Source: Nitrospirota bacterium (lineage in GTDB: Bacteria > Nitrospirota > UBA9217). Taken from it: a stretch of 64,000 bases of DNA. The DNA lies in NCBI GenBank assembly GCA_963751455.1, contig CAVVUN010000015.1, positions 576,001 through 640,000 on the forward strand, in the 5' to 3' direction. The notes beneath the pieces were generated by a model. The model did not search any database, was not told the origin of the DNA, and was given only the letters and a program-made list of their open reading frames with translations. The position numbers and the translations under genes are program-made. This document shows positions 39,511-49,127 of the stretch, one piece after another; the first letter of the stretch is position 1; every line of letters begins with the position of its first letter.

Positions 39511-39542
39511 GACTTTATCAGCTTTCAGAGGGAGGCAAGAGA

Positions 39543-40475
39543 ATGGCTCAATTTTACGATGCAATCATTATCGGATCCGGTCCTGCCGGACTTACCGCAG
39601 CCCTGTATCTCGGCCGGGCAGGCCAGAAAACGCTTGTGCTAGAGAAGGATTTTGTCGGCGGCTATACTGCCAAAATCGCCCATATAGAAAATTATCCGGG
39701 GTACGAGACAATAAACGGCATGGATCTGACTCAGATCATGGCGAAGCAGGCTGAAAAATTCGGGGCTGAGATCGTTTATCCTGTTGAAGTTGTAGACATG
39801 GAGCTCAAGGACGAGCTCAAACGGGTGCGGACGCGCGATCAGGTTTATGAAGCGCATACGGTTATTATCGCAATCGGCGTGGCCAGGAAGAAGCTCGAGG
39901 TACCGGGAGCCAAGGAATTCCTGGGCAAAGGCGTATCATACTGCGCGACCTGCGATGGAAACTTCTTTAAAGGAAGGAACGTCGCTGTGGTCGGCTCAGA
40001 CAACGAAGCCGCCGAAGAGGCGCTTCATCTTGCCGAACTTGCTCAAAGGGTGACCTTGGTGCCGCACAGAGAGATAGATATTGTTAATGCCGTCATGAGC
40101 AGGCTCAGATCCAAGCCGAACGTGGAAATACTTCACGTCTCGAAGATCCATGCGATCGTCGGAGACGAGTTGGTTACCGGCCTCACAATCAGCAGGGACG
40201 GAACCGAAAAAACACTTTCTGTTGAAGGCGTGTTCATTGCAATGGGCTCGACGCCGATTTCACAGCTTATTTTGAGAGCGGGCGGGCTCACCGATGACCG
40301 CGGCTGTCTCATTGTCGACAAACATCAGCGCATGAATCTTGAGGGCGTCTTCGCAGCCGGCGACTGTACCTGCGGAGGCATGCAGATCGTCGCCGCTGCC
40401 GGAGAAGGGTCGGTTGCAGGTATGCGCGCAGCGTCGTATGTGCGGAAGATCAAGACAAAAGCCGCTGGGAAATAA
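39543..40475 (+). CDS. trxB: Thioredoxin reductase family flavoprotein
   Basis: GSGPAG, IENYPG, GKGVSYCATCDG, FAAGDC. Confidence 0.88.
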   Translation: MAQFYDAIIIGSGPAGLTAALYLGRAGQKTLVLEKDFVGGYTAKIAHIENYPGYETINGMDLTQIMAKQAEKFGAEIVYPVEVVDMELKDELKRVRTRDQVYEAHTVIIAIGVARKKLEVPGAKEFLGKGVSYCATCDGNFFKGRNVAVVGSDNEAAEEALHLAELAQRVTLVPHREIDIVNAVMSRLRSKPNVEILHVSKIHAIVGDELVTGLTISRDGTEKTLSVEGVFIAMGSTPISQLILRAGGLTDDRGCLIVDKHQRMNLEGVFAAGDCTCGGMQIVAAAGEGSVAGMRAASYVRKIKTKAAGK

Positions 40476-40591
40476 CGAGAAAAAATTTCGATAATTTCAA
40501 AGCTCAAATGCAATGGCCAAAACGTTTGAACCTCCACAGAGGTGCTTGGAAACTTTATCAAAATAACCTAACGTAAGCTCTATCCCCCAAT

Positions 40592-40675
40592 TGTTATTCC
40601 CGTTCCGTTTTTTGCGGGAACTCGTTTTGTTTCGAATAAAAAACAGATGCCCGATAGAGTCGTTCGGGTGGATAC
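40592..40675. repeat. REP-like double hairpin
   Basis: TTCCCG...CGGGAA and GCCCGA...TCGGGT in the trxB-moeA spacer. Confidence 0.4.
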
Positions 40676-40762
40676 AAACAGGAGGCGTTATCGCTATTCT
40701 GTTATGACATTGCTCATCTTATTAATTTATGTAGTGATTCGGGATTTACACTTGGAGTTTGT

Positions 40763-42043
40763 ATGACGGTCAAAGATATGCTCGGCAGAAGCGGCGTGGT
40801 TTCCAGGGAGGAAGCGCTCAAAATCCTGGACGTCCATTTTCACGCACCCGATATGCCTTGCGCGGAAATATCGATCAGTGACGCCCTGGAAAGAGTAATT
40901 GCCGCGGACGTTATTTCGCCGGTCGATCTGCCTTATTTCGACCGTTCGACCATGGACGGATATGCAGTCGGAAGCTCGGATACGTTTGGCGCTGCTGAGT
41001 CCCGGCCCGCGCTTCTGACCATCATCGGTGATATCCCGATGGGTGCAATGCCGGACCGCGGCATTGCCGCCGGCCAGGCCATGAAAATTGCGACCGGAGG
41101 AGCGCTGCCCGCCGGGGCCGATGCTGTAGTCATGCTGGAACATGCTCAGCCCGTCGATGCAGTCAGCATCGAGGTCATGAAACCCGTCGCTCCGCTGGAG
41201 AACGTCATCAGGGCCGGGGATGATATCAAACAGGGAGAGCTTGTTCTTCCCCGCGGGCACCGGTTGCGTCCCCAGGACATGGCCGCGCTGGCCGGCCTCG
41301 GACTGATGCGTATCACCGTATTCAACAAGCCGAAGGTCGCAATCATCTCGACGGGGAACGAGATTGTTTCAGCCGATACGGTGCCGCCACCCGGCAAGAT
41401 CCGGGACACGAACTCCTATGCTCTCGACGGACTCGTTCGGGAGGCCGGGGGCATCCCCGTGAAGATCGGGATTTTTCCCGACGATTATGATCTGCTTCGG
41501 AAGGCGCTTGGGTCCGGTATAGGCGAGTGCTCGCTCGTTCTCATGACCGGTGGCAGTTCGGTCGGTACGGCTGATCTTACGGCCAGGGTCGTGAACGATA
41601 TGGGACGGCCCGGCGTTCTGGTCCACGGCGTTTCAATAAAGCCCGGCAAGCCGCTGATCTTCGGACTGATAGAAACAGCGCGGGGCGATGTCCCCGTATT
41701 CGGCCTGCCCGGTCATCCCGTTGCGGTCAGCGTATGCTTCGATCTTTTTGTTAAACACGTTCTCGAGAGGCTGACCGGGGAGGTCCCTCCGCCTGCGTTG
41801 GAAGGGGTCGCCCGGACCCGGGTAGTAAAGGCCAGGCTTGTCCGGAGCCTTTCTTCAGGGGCCGGCCGCGAAGAACATGTCCGGGTCGCGCTCGAAAAAA
41901 AGGACGATGGTCTGTGGGCAAGACCTGTTCTCGGGGCGTCAGGGCTGATCAGTACGCTCGTCAAGGCCATTGGCATCGTGGTAGTGCCGGTAAACACCAT
42001 CGGGATAGACGCCGGAGAGGAAGTTGACGTGCGCCTGTTTTAG
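40763..42043 (+). CDS. moeA: Molybdopterin molybdotransferase MoeA
   Basis: STMDGYAV, IATGGALP.GADAVVM.E, STGNE, TGGSSVG, IKPGKP, GLPGHP. Confidence 0.95.
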   Translation: MTVKDMLGRSGVVSREEALKILDVHFHAPDMPCAEISISDALERVIAADVISPVDLPYFDRSTMDGYAVGSSDTFGAAESRPALLTIIGDIPMGAMPDRGIAAGQAMKIATGGALPAGADAVVMLEHAQPVDAVSIEVMKPVAPLENVIRAGDDIKQGELVLPRGHRLRPQDMAALAGLGLMRITVFNKPKVAIISTGNEIVSADTVPPPGKIRDTNSYALDGLVREAGGIPVKIGIFPDDYDLLRKALGSGIGECSLVLMTGGSSVGTADLTARVVNDMGRPGVLVHGVSIKPGKPLIFGLIETARGDVPVFGLPGHPVAVSVCFDLFVKHVLERLTGEVPPPALEGVARTRVVKARLVRSLSSGAGREEHVRVALEKKDDGLWARPVLGASGLISTLVKAIGIVVVPVNTIGIDAGEEVDVRLF

Positions 42044-42100
42044 ACTTCTGTCCGGTAAAAGGATCCAGGATTCAATGATGCTGCTGACGAGAATCAAGCA

Positions 42101-44032
42101 ATGGCATTCAAACAAAAAAAATATCTTAATACTCAGCCCCTGATCGATGCGGTCCGTCGCTATTCAGAAGCGCTGAAAACCGCAGGCATAGGCGGTGCCC
42201 TCCCGGGAGAGGAAGTTCGGGTGGCCGATGCGCGCGGCCGAGTAACAGCCCGAGCCGTCATAGCAAAAATATCTTCGCCGTTTTATCATTCAGCCGCGAT
42301 GGACGGCGTTGCCGTTAAATTCACGGACACCTTCGGCGCATCAGAGACGAGGCCGAAGCGACTTCAGGCGCCCGCACAGTTCGCCTTCGTAGACACCGGC
42401 GACCCGATGCCCGACTCTTTCGACGCCGTTATCATGATCGAAGACGTGGAAAAGGTTTCGGAATCGGAGATCGAGATCATCAAACCGGCCACACCCTGGC
42501 AGCACGTTCGACTCGTCGGAGAAGACATTGTCGCGACTGAGCTCATTATCTCCGAAAACCACCTCATTCGCCCGGTTGACCTTGCTGCCATGATAGCAAG
42601 CGGCCATACCTCAGTTACCGTCCGCCGAAGGCCGGTCGTATCGATCATCCCGACCGGGACAGAGCTTGTGGAGCCGGGAACCGGCCTAAAAAAAGGCGAA
42701 ATAATCGATTTCAATTCAACGATGCTTTCGGCCATGGCATATGAATGCGGCGCAAAGCCCGTTCCGCGAAACATAATAAAAGATGATGAGGGGCTTCTCA
42801 AAAGGACGATTCTTGAAGCCGCTGCCGAATCGGATATTGTCGTCATCAACGCCGGTTCTTCTGCAGGCAGAGAGGACTTTACGGCCGAGGCGATCAAAGC
42901 GCTCGGCAGTGTCATCGTGCATGGCGTGAGCATCAAACCGGGAAAACCCGTGATCCTCGGAATAGTGCAAGGAAAGCCCGTTATCGGCATCCCCGGCTAT
43001 CCGGTCTCGGCCGCGCTCACGTTCACGCTGTTTGTTCAGCCGCTTCTTTACGGTCTGCTCGGAGTCACTCCGCCGGAACCTCAGACGGTAACGGCCAGAC
43101 TGGGCAGGCAGGCAGCATCTTCGCTCGGCCAGGAGGAGTTTATCCGGGTGAAAGTCGGCAGCGTGGGAGGCAACCTGATTGCCACGCCCGTGGCGAGGGG
43201 AGCGGGTGCGCTCATGTCGCTCGTCCGCGCGGACGGCATAATACGGGTCCCATCACAGAGTGAAGGCATCGCAGCCGGGCAGCAAGTACCGGTCGAGCTT
43301 CTTCGGGCGAGCGCTGATATCCGGAGCACCATTGTGTGCATAGGTTCTCATGACAATGCGCTTGATGTGCTCGGCAACTATCTGAAAAAAAAGCATCCCC
43401 TGTTTTCCCTCTCGTCGGCCCACGTCGGCAGCATGGGAGGTCTCGTTGCCCTCAAACGCGGCGAGGCCCACCTTGCGGGAACTCATTTGCTCGATGAAGC
43501 AACCAATGAGTACAACGTGAGCTATATCAAGAAACTTCTTCCCGAGATGCGCATCGTGCTCATAAACCTTGTATACCGGACACAAGGATTTGTCGTGCCA
43601 AAGGGCAACCCGAAAGCCATAAAAGGGTTCGAAGACCTGGCGAGAACGGATGTGGTATTCGTAAACCGCCAGGCAGGAGCAGGTACACGGCTTCTGACCG
43701 ACCTCCACCTGAAGCGATTAAACATTGACCCAAAACGCGTAAAGGGGTATGATCACGAGGAATTTACGCATATGGCTGTAGCAGCAGCTGTTCTTTCGGG
43801 AGCAGCGGATACCGGTATGGCAGTCCTTTCGGCCGCCCAGGCCCTTAATCTCGATTTCATGCCGGTTGCCAGAGAACGATATGACCTTGCGATACCGCAG
43901 CATTTTTACGATACGCCGATGATTCAGGCTTTGCTCGCGATAATACGGCAAGATGATGACTTTCGCGATAGTATCGTTGCAATGGGCGGCTACGATGTTT
44001 CCGAAATGGGAAAGGTTCTTGCCATTCTCTAA
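42101..44032 (+). CDS. moeA: MoeA fused to C-terminal periplasmic-binding-protein-like domain
   Basis: AAMDG, PTGTE, AGSSAG, GIPGYP, then IGSHD, VGSMGGL, FVNRQ.GAGTR. Confidence 0.93.
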   Translation: MAFKQKKYLNTQPLIDAVRRYSEALKTAGIGGALPGEEVRVADARGRVTARAVIAKISSPFYHSAAMDGVAVKFTDTFGASETRPKRLQAPAQFAFVDTGDPMPDSFDAVIMIEDVEKVSESEIEIIKPATPWQHVRLVGEDIVATELIISENHLIRPVDLAAMIASGHTSVTVRRRPVVSIIPTGTELVEPGTGLKKGEIIDFNSTMLSAMAYECGAKPVPRNIIKDDEGLLKRTILEAAAESDIVVINAGSSAGREDFTAEAIKALGSVIVHGVSIKPGKPVILGIVQGKPVIGIPGYPVSAALTFTLFVQPLLYGLLGVTPPEPQTVTARLGRQAASSLGQEEFIRVKVGSVGGNLIATPVARGAGALMSLVRADGIIRVPSQSEGIAAGQQVPVELLRASADIRSTIVCIGSHDNALDVLGNYLKKKHPLFSLSSAHVGSMGGLVALKRGEAHLAGTHLLDEATNEYNVSYIKKLLPEMRIVLINLVYRTQGFVVPKGNPKAIKGFEDLARTDVVFVNRQAGAGTRLLTDLHLKRLNIDPKRVKGYDHEEFTHMAVAAAVLSGAADTGMAVLSAAQALNLDFMPVARERYDLAIPQHFYDTPMIQALLAIIRQDDDFRDSIVAMGGYDVSEMGKVLAIL

Positions 44033-44124
44033 AAACCATATGTAAATTGTGGAACTAAACGATACGCACATCTCAAATTCACTATTCAAATCTTCGTTAA
44101 TAATCGATTCGGGAGGTATTCTTA

Positions 44125-44835
44125 ATGTTTGCTCTTGCTGCAACATCCGTTACGGCGCCGGGTATCGTCGGGTTGTTTCTGGAAGCGGGCTGGATGGGCA
44201 AAGTGATCATGGGCATCCTCATGATTTTTTCCATCATATCCTGGGCCATGATATTGCTCAAGTATCAGTTCCTGCGCAGGGCTGAAAAGGAATCGCACTC
44301 GTTTCTTGCTGCCTTCAGAAAGACCAAGAACATCGATGAACTGATAAAGCATGCGGAGGCCAAGAAATACAGCCCGCTCGCCACGCTTTTTTTAGAGGGA
44401 CACAGAGAAACCGAAGCGATTATAAAGTCCTTTCCCAACGGAAAGATAAAGGATGATGATCGTTCGCTCGTTTCCACGGAGATCGAACGCGCTCTTACCA
44501 TTACGGCGCAGGACGAAGTTGTCTACATGGAACGCTATCTGGCTTTTCTCGGCACGACAGGCACGGTCGGGCCGCTGCTGGGATTGTTTGGTACGGTATG
44601 GGGCATTATGGACGCGTTCTACGGAATCGGGCTGAAAGGGTCCGGTGATATCGGCGCCCTTGCACCGGGGCTTGCCGAAGCGCTGATCAACACCTCGGGC
44701 GGGCTGTTCGTCGCCATCCCGGCGGTGATCGCATACAATTATTTTGCAGAGAAGATCAAGGACATTGCGACCCGGATGGATTCGTTCTCGATCGAGTTCC
44801 TGAGCTTCGTTAATAGAACGCACCTGAGGGGATAG
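44125..44835 (+). CDS. tolQ: TolQ (MotA/TolQ/ExbB family)
   Basis: FSIISW, PLLGLFGTVWGIM, APGLAEAL, GLFVAIPA..YN. Confidence 0.93.
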   Translation: MFALAATSVTAPGIVGLFLEAGWMGKVIMGILMIFSIISWAMILLKYQFLRRAEKESHSFLAAFRKTKNIDELIKHAEAKKYSPLATLFLEGHRETEAIIKSFPNGKIKDDDRSLVSTEIERALTITAQDEVVYMERYLAFLGTTGTVGPLLGLFGTVWGIMDAFYGIGLKGSGDIGALAPGLAEALINTSGGLFVAIPAVIAYNYFAEKIKDIATRMDSFSIEFLSFVNRTHLRG

Positions 44836-44837
44836 CC

Positions 44838-45257
44838 ATGAAACTGCGGCGAAGAACCAGTCCTATCATGCGGGAGCTCAACCTGGTACCGCTCATCGAC
44901 GTGCTGCTGGTCGTTCTATTTTTTTATATGATTATATCGCCGATGATGAGCCGGGGGCTCGATGTCAACCTTCCGAAATCCGAATCCAACACCGTAAAGC
45001 CCGAAGACCGCATCGTGCTCACGGTGACCAGGGGCCAGGAGCTCTTTGTCGAAAAAGAACGGGTGAACATCTCGAACCTCAAGGAAGTACTGGATTCGAT
45101 ACGGAAGGCAAAACCCCAGATAAACATCTATCTTCGCGCTGACCGGGATGCGCCGTACGGGGCGGTCGTGCAGGTAATGGACGTCGTGAAAAGGGCGGGG
45201 ATAGATAAACTGGGCATGGTTACCGAGGCCGCTCCGGGAGGCGAGACAGGCAAATGA
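44838..45257 (+). CDS. tolR: TolR (ExbD family)
   Basis: LNLVPLIDVLLV, VNLP, LRAD...YGAV. Confidence 0.92.
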   Translation: MKLRRRTSPIMRELNLVPLIDVLLVVLFFYMIISPMMSRGLDVNLPKSESNTVKPEDRIVLTVTRGQELFVEKERVNISNLKEVLDSIRKAKPQINIYLRADRDAPYGAVVQVMDVVKRAGIDKLGMVTEAAPGGETGK

Positions 45258-45952
45258 AGCTGTCGTCCGGAAAGAGGATCGGACAGTCGAAACAGGAATT
45301 GACGGCGGCGGTCTTCTTTTCTTTTTTCCTTCATGCGATCTTCGTTCTTTCGTGGGTGTTCCTGTATTTAAATCTTTTCTCCAAGGTTCACGTGCCGCTC
45401 TCCTACGAGGTACAGCTTGTCGCTCCTTCACAACCGGCTGTGCTTCCTCAGACTCCTCAGGTCCCTGCCTCTCCTCCTCGGGAGGTGAAGCCCGAACCGA
45501 AGCGGAAAAAGGCGCCCGAGAAGGTCCATAAGCCCGCGACAAAAAAAGGAGAAATGCCCGACCTCAGCACTCTCAAGCAAAAACAGACGGAACAGGCAAA
45601 ACCTGCGGAGAGTATGCCTGCGCCCGCTGCAAAGACGGAAAGCGTCGCGGTAGCCACTCCGCAGCAGGACTTTAAGTTCGGCTGGTATCTGGCAAATGTT
45701 CGTGACAAGATAAAGCCTAACTGGCAACCACTGAAAGGAAACCAGGATGCTACGGCACGTGTCATATTTTCAATCAATAGATCAGGCTGGGTTGTCGATG
45801 TAAATGTGGACAATGAACATTCGACGGGAAGTTTTGAATTCAAGCAGGCAGCGATTCGCGCAATTCGCGCTTCGAACCCCTTCCCTCCTCTCCCGGAGGA
45901 ATTTACAAAGGCTACGCTGCAGTTCAGTGTGGATTTAATACCTGAAGAATAA
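45254..45952 (+). CDS. tolA: TolA/TonB-like energy transducer
   Basis: TM with S-x3-H motif (SFFLH), Pro/Lys-rich linker, C-terminal F..AAIRAI...PFPPLP. Confidence 0.8.
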   Translation: MKLSSGKRIGQSKQELTAAVFFSFFLHAIFVLSWVFLYLNLFSKVHVPLSYEVQLVAPSQPAVLPQTPQVPASPPREVKPEPKRKKAPEKVHKPATKKGEMPDLSTLKQKQTEQAKPAESMPAPAAKTESVAVATPQQDFKFGWYLANVRDKIKPNWQPLKGNQDATARVIFSINRSGWVVDVNVDNEHSTGSFEFKQAAIRAIRASNPFPPLPEEFTKATLQFSVDLIPEE

Positions 45953-45964
45953 ACAAAAAACGAT

Positions 45965-47271
45965 ATGCAAATAAATAGCATGAAACGATCGATTCTTATC
46001 ATATTTATTTTCATAGTGCTAGCCGTTCTCGGACGCAGCCCGGCAGAGTCCCAATTCTACCTGGGGATCATCCAGGGTGAGAGCAAGAGATCCCGATTAC
46101 GGTGCTCGATATCCAGGACCGTACAGCGAACCCGAGGCTTCGGAGCCAGGCGCTCGAAATCCTGCAGGCCGACCTGCGGCGTTCGCAGATTTTCGACGTT
46201 ATGGATGCCAGGAAGCTGGATCTTTCCCATACCGGGAAATCAGAGCCCCCGGAAGCTGTCCTGAAGCGTGCGGGAACATTCGGGGTGGCCGGCGTCGTTT
46301 GGGGAGCGCTGGAAAAGAAGGGTGATGAACTTGTTCTGTCCGGCAGGCTCTACGATGCGGCTTCCGCCATGAAGATGAGCGGCAAGGAATATTTCGGAAA
46401 TGAAGAGAAGTTCCGACCGATGATTCATGCCTTTGCCGACGAGATCGTATCCCGGTTTACGGGGGAAAAGGGTATTGCGAGATCGCGGATTGCTTTCGTA
46501 TCGGACAAGACAAAATACAGGGAACTCTACGTTATGGACTACGACGGACAGAACCAGATGAAAGTCACAGCTGACCGTTCCATCTGTCTATCCCCTTCCT
46601 GGAGCCCGGACGGTAAAATGCTCGCTTATGTATCATACCGTGATAAGAATCCGGACTTGTACGGCCTTGACATGGAAACAAGCAGGCGCTGGAAAATATC
46701 AGGGGCGGAAGGGCTGAACATTTCACCAGCGTGGGCTCCGGACGGCAAAAGGCTTGCTTTGGCCATGAGCTCAAGCGGCAACACTGAAATATATACCGTG
46801 GGATTGCAGGGAACAAACTTGGAGCGCCTGACGTTTGGATCCTCAGATAACGTTTCACCCGCCTGGGCCCCGAATGGCCGCGAGATTGTCTTCACCTCCG
46901 GACGCGCAGGAACACCGCAGCTCTATGTCATGAGCAGCGAGGGCACGGATGCACGCCGTATTACCTTCGAGGGAAGGTATAATGCTTCCCCGAACTGGTC
47001 TCCGCGCGGGGACAGGATAGTGTTTGTTTCACAGGTGCAGGGCATATTCAAAATCGCTACCATAAATCCGGACGGGTCTGATTTCCGGCTGCTTACGACT
47101 GGTTCCGGGACTGATGAAAATCCTTCATGGTCCCCCAGCGGACGACAAATCCTCTTCAGTTCGAACCGGGAGGGAAAGTCTGGCATCTACATGATGAACG
47201 CGGACGGTTCGGACGTGGAACGGATCACGCCGAATGATGCGAATTACACCTCTCCTGGCTGGTCGCCCTAG
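45965..47271 (+). CDS. tolB: TolB beta-propeller protein, split by a 1-nt frameshift near 46088
   Basis: Signal peptide in one frame; TolB N-domain and PD40 repeats (SPSWSPDG, SPAWAPDG, NPSWSP) in another. Confidence 0.88.
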
Positions 47272-47429
47272 AAAATTATTGTTCAACGTAACAGCGGAAC
47301 CCGCCCGGTTTTTTCCCCCTTTTTTTCTGCAATTTGATATAGTATTATTACCTTGAAGCGGATCAGCCTGGCCGCGCAAAAAAGGCGCAACCAGCCCAAA
47401 AAGCGAGATATTTGGAGATAGGAGATTGC

Positions 47430-47867
47430 ATGGAAAATCAGCAACCCGTAACCATTCTTCTGATCGAGGACGACCCGGGGCACGCATTGCTCATAGAAAA
47501 AAATCTTCGCCGGGCGGGCATCGCGAACGATATTATCGTGCTTGACAACGGTCAGAAGGCAGTCGATTTTCTTTATAAAGAAGGCGCATACCAGGGCGAC
47601 CAACAGCCGGTGCCGCCGCTCATTCTCCTCGATCTCAATCTCCCTGTCCTTGACGGTTTTAACGTGCTGAAGCGGATCAAGAATGACAAGCGCACCAAAC
47701 AGATTCCCGTTATTGTTCTTACTACCACCGACAGCCCGCACGAGATTTCCCGCTGCTATGAACTGGGATGCAATGTGTATATCACGAAGCCTGTTGAATA
47801 CGACAATTTCAGCGATGCGATAAGAAAACTTGGACTTTTTCTCTCTATTGTTAAAGTTCCCGAATGA
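47430..47867 (+). CDS. Single-domain response regulator (Rcp1-like)
   Basis: LLIEDD, ILLDLNLP..DG, LTT, YITKP; start ATG 47430. Confidence 0.93.
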   Translation: MENQQPVTILLIEDDPGHALLIEKNLRRAGIANDIIVLDNGQKAVDFLYKEGAYQGDQQPVPPLILLDLNLPVLDGFNVLKRIKNDKRTKQIPVIVLTTTDSPHEISRCYELGCNVYITKPVEYDNFSDAIRKLGLFLSIVKVPE

Positions 47868-49078
47868 ATCGTCAATACGCATACAGGGCTGCTTCGAAAG
47901 AGGCGCCGCCCGAAGTCCGCTTCCTTCTGCGATCGAACAAAAAATATTACGCCCGGATACCGTCGTTTAACGCGGCAGCCTGCTTATTGGCCCTGCTGGT
48001 CGGTTGGTGCGCACCGGCTCTGGGAGCGGCTGCGCCCGCGAAAAATCCGGTCCGTAAAAAAATTGTCGTGGTGAGCAGCTATCATCCGGAATATGAATGG
48101 TCCCGCGACACGAGCCGCGGTTTCTGTGATGCGATGCTGAAGTTCGGCTATTTCGAGACACCCGGACAGGCGGAAGAATTCTGTGTGAATGACTACGTGA
48201 CGACCTCGAAAGTCGTGGTCAGAAAATTCTGGCTGGATGCAACGCGGATAACGAACAAGCCGCAACTCACAAGAATAGCGGTAGAAATGACGAGGATCAT
48301 CAAGGGATGGTCGCCCGATCTGATATTCCTCGGCGATGATGAGGCCGGCAACTATATCGGCAACCAGTTTCTGGATACAGCAACGCCGCTTGTTTTCTGG
48401 GGTTTCAACGCAAATCCGGTCAAGTATGGCCTTATGGATACGGCCGATCGTCCCGGACACAATATAACGGGTGTATACGAGAGCGGGTATTATCTCGACA
48501 GCATACGCCTTCTGAGAACTCTCGCCCCGCGAGTGAAAACGTTTGCGATCCTGACCGATGATTCTCCTTCTGCTCGCGCCCATCAGAAAGGCATTGAATT
48601 TCTCGCGCGAAAGGGCCTGCTTCCCGTCAAGCTCGTAGCAACCGTCTCAACGAATGACTATGCGCTTTGGAAGGCGAAGGCCCTCGAGCTTCAAAAAAGG
48701 ACGGACAGCTTCTTTGTCGCGGAGTATTCCAGTCTGAAGGACGAAAAAGGGAACCCGGTTCCGAATGAGGAAGCGGCACGCTGGTATCTGGAACACATTA
48801 CAGTTCCGGAAGCGACGCTCGGGTTCATGGTCCGGCAGGGGCTGCTGTGCGGCGCCGATGATTCCGGATATAAACAATCCTACGAAGCGGTATCGATAGC
48901 GCATGATATTCTCGCGAACGGGGCGAGTCCCTCCATATACCCTGCGCGCACGCCCCAGCGGGGCGCACTGCGTGTTAACCGTGAACGGGCCGCCCTGCTC
49001 GGAATCGTTCTTCCGAAGGACAAGACGATCGAGGAGTATATCGACCGGGCGCAGGCGTTGAAGGAACTGAAGAAGTGA
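47864..49078 (+). CDS. Periplasmic substrate-binding-like protein
   Basis: Signal-like segment, VSSYHP..EW, PDLI..GDD, HNITGVYE, RVNRERA; no ABC permease or ATPase nearby. Confidence 0.75.
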   Translation: MNRQYAYRAASKEAPPEVRFLLRSNKKYYARIPSFNAAACLLALLVGWCAPALGAAAPAKNPVRKKIVVVSSYHPEYEWSRDTSRGFCDAMLKFGYFETPGQAEEFCVNDYVTTSKVVVRKFWLDATRITNKPQLTRIAVEMTRIIKGWSPDLIFLGDDEAGNYIGNQFLDTATPLVFWGFNANPVKYGLMDTADRPGHNITGVYESGYYLDSIRLLRTLAPRVKTFAILTDDSPSARAHQKGIEFLARKGLLPVKLVATVSTNDYALWKAKALELQKRTDSFFVAEYSSLKDEKGNPVPNEEAARWYLEHITVPEATLGFMVRQGLLCGADDSGYKQSYEAVSIAHDILANGASPSIYPARTPQRGALRVNRERAALLGIVLPKDKTIEEYIDRAQALKELKK

Positions 49079-49127
49079 TAAGCATATAAGCCACCTCGGG
49101 AGTATACCACGATCACAAAGGCAGCGC

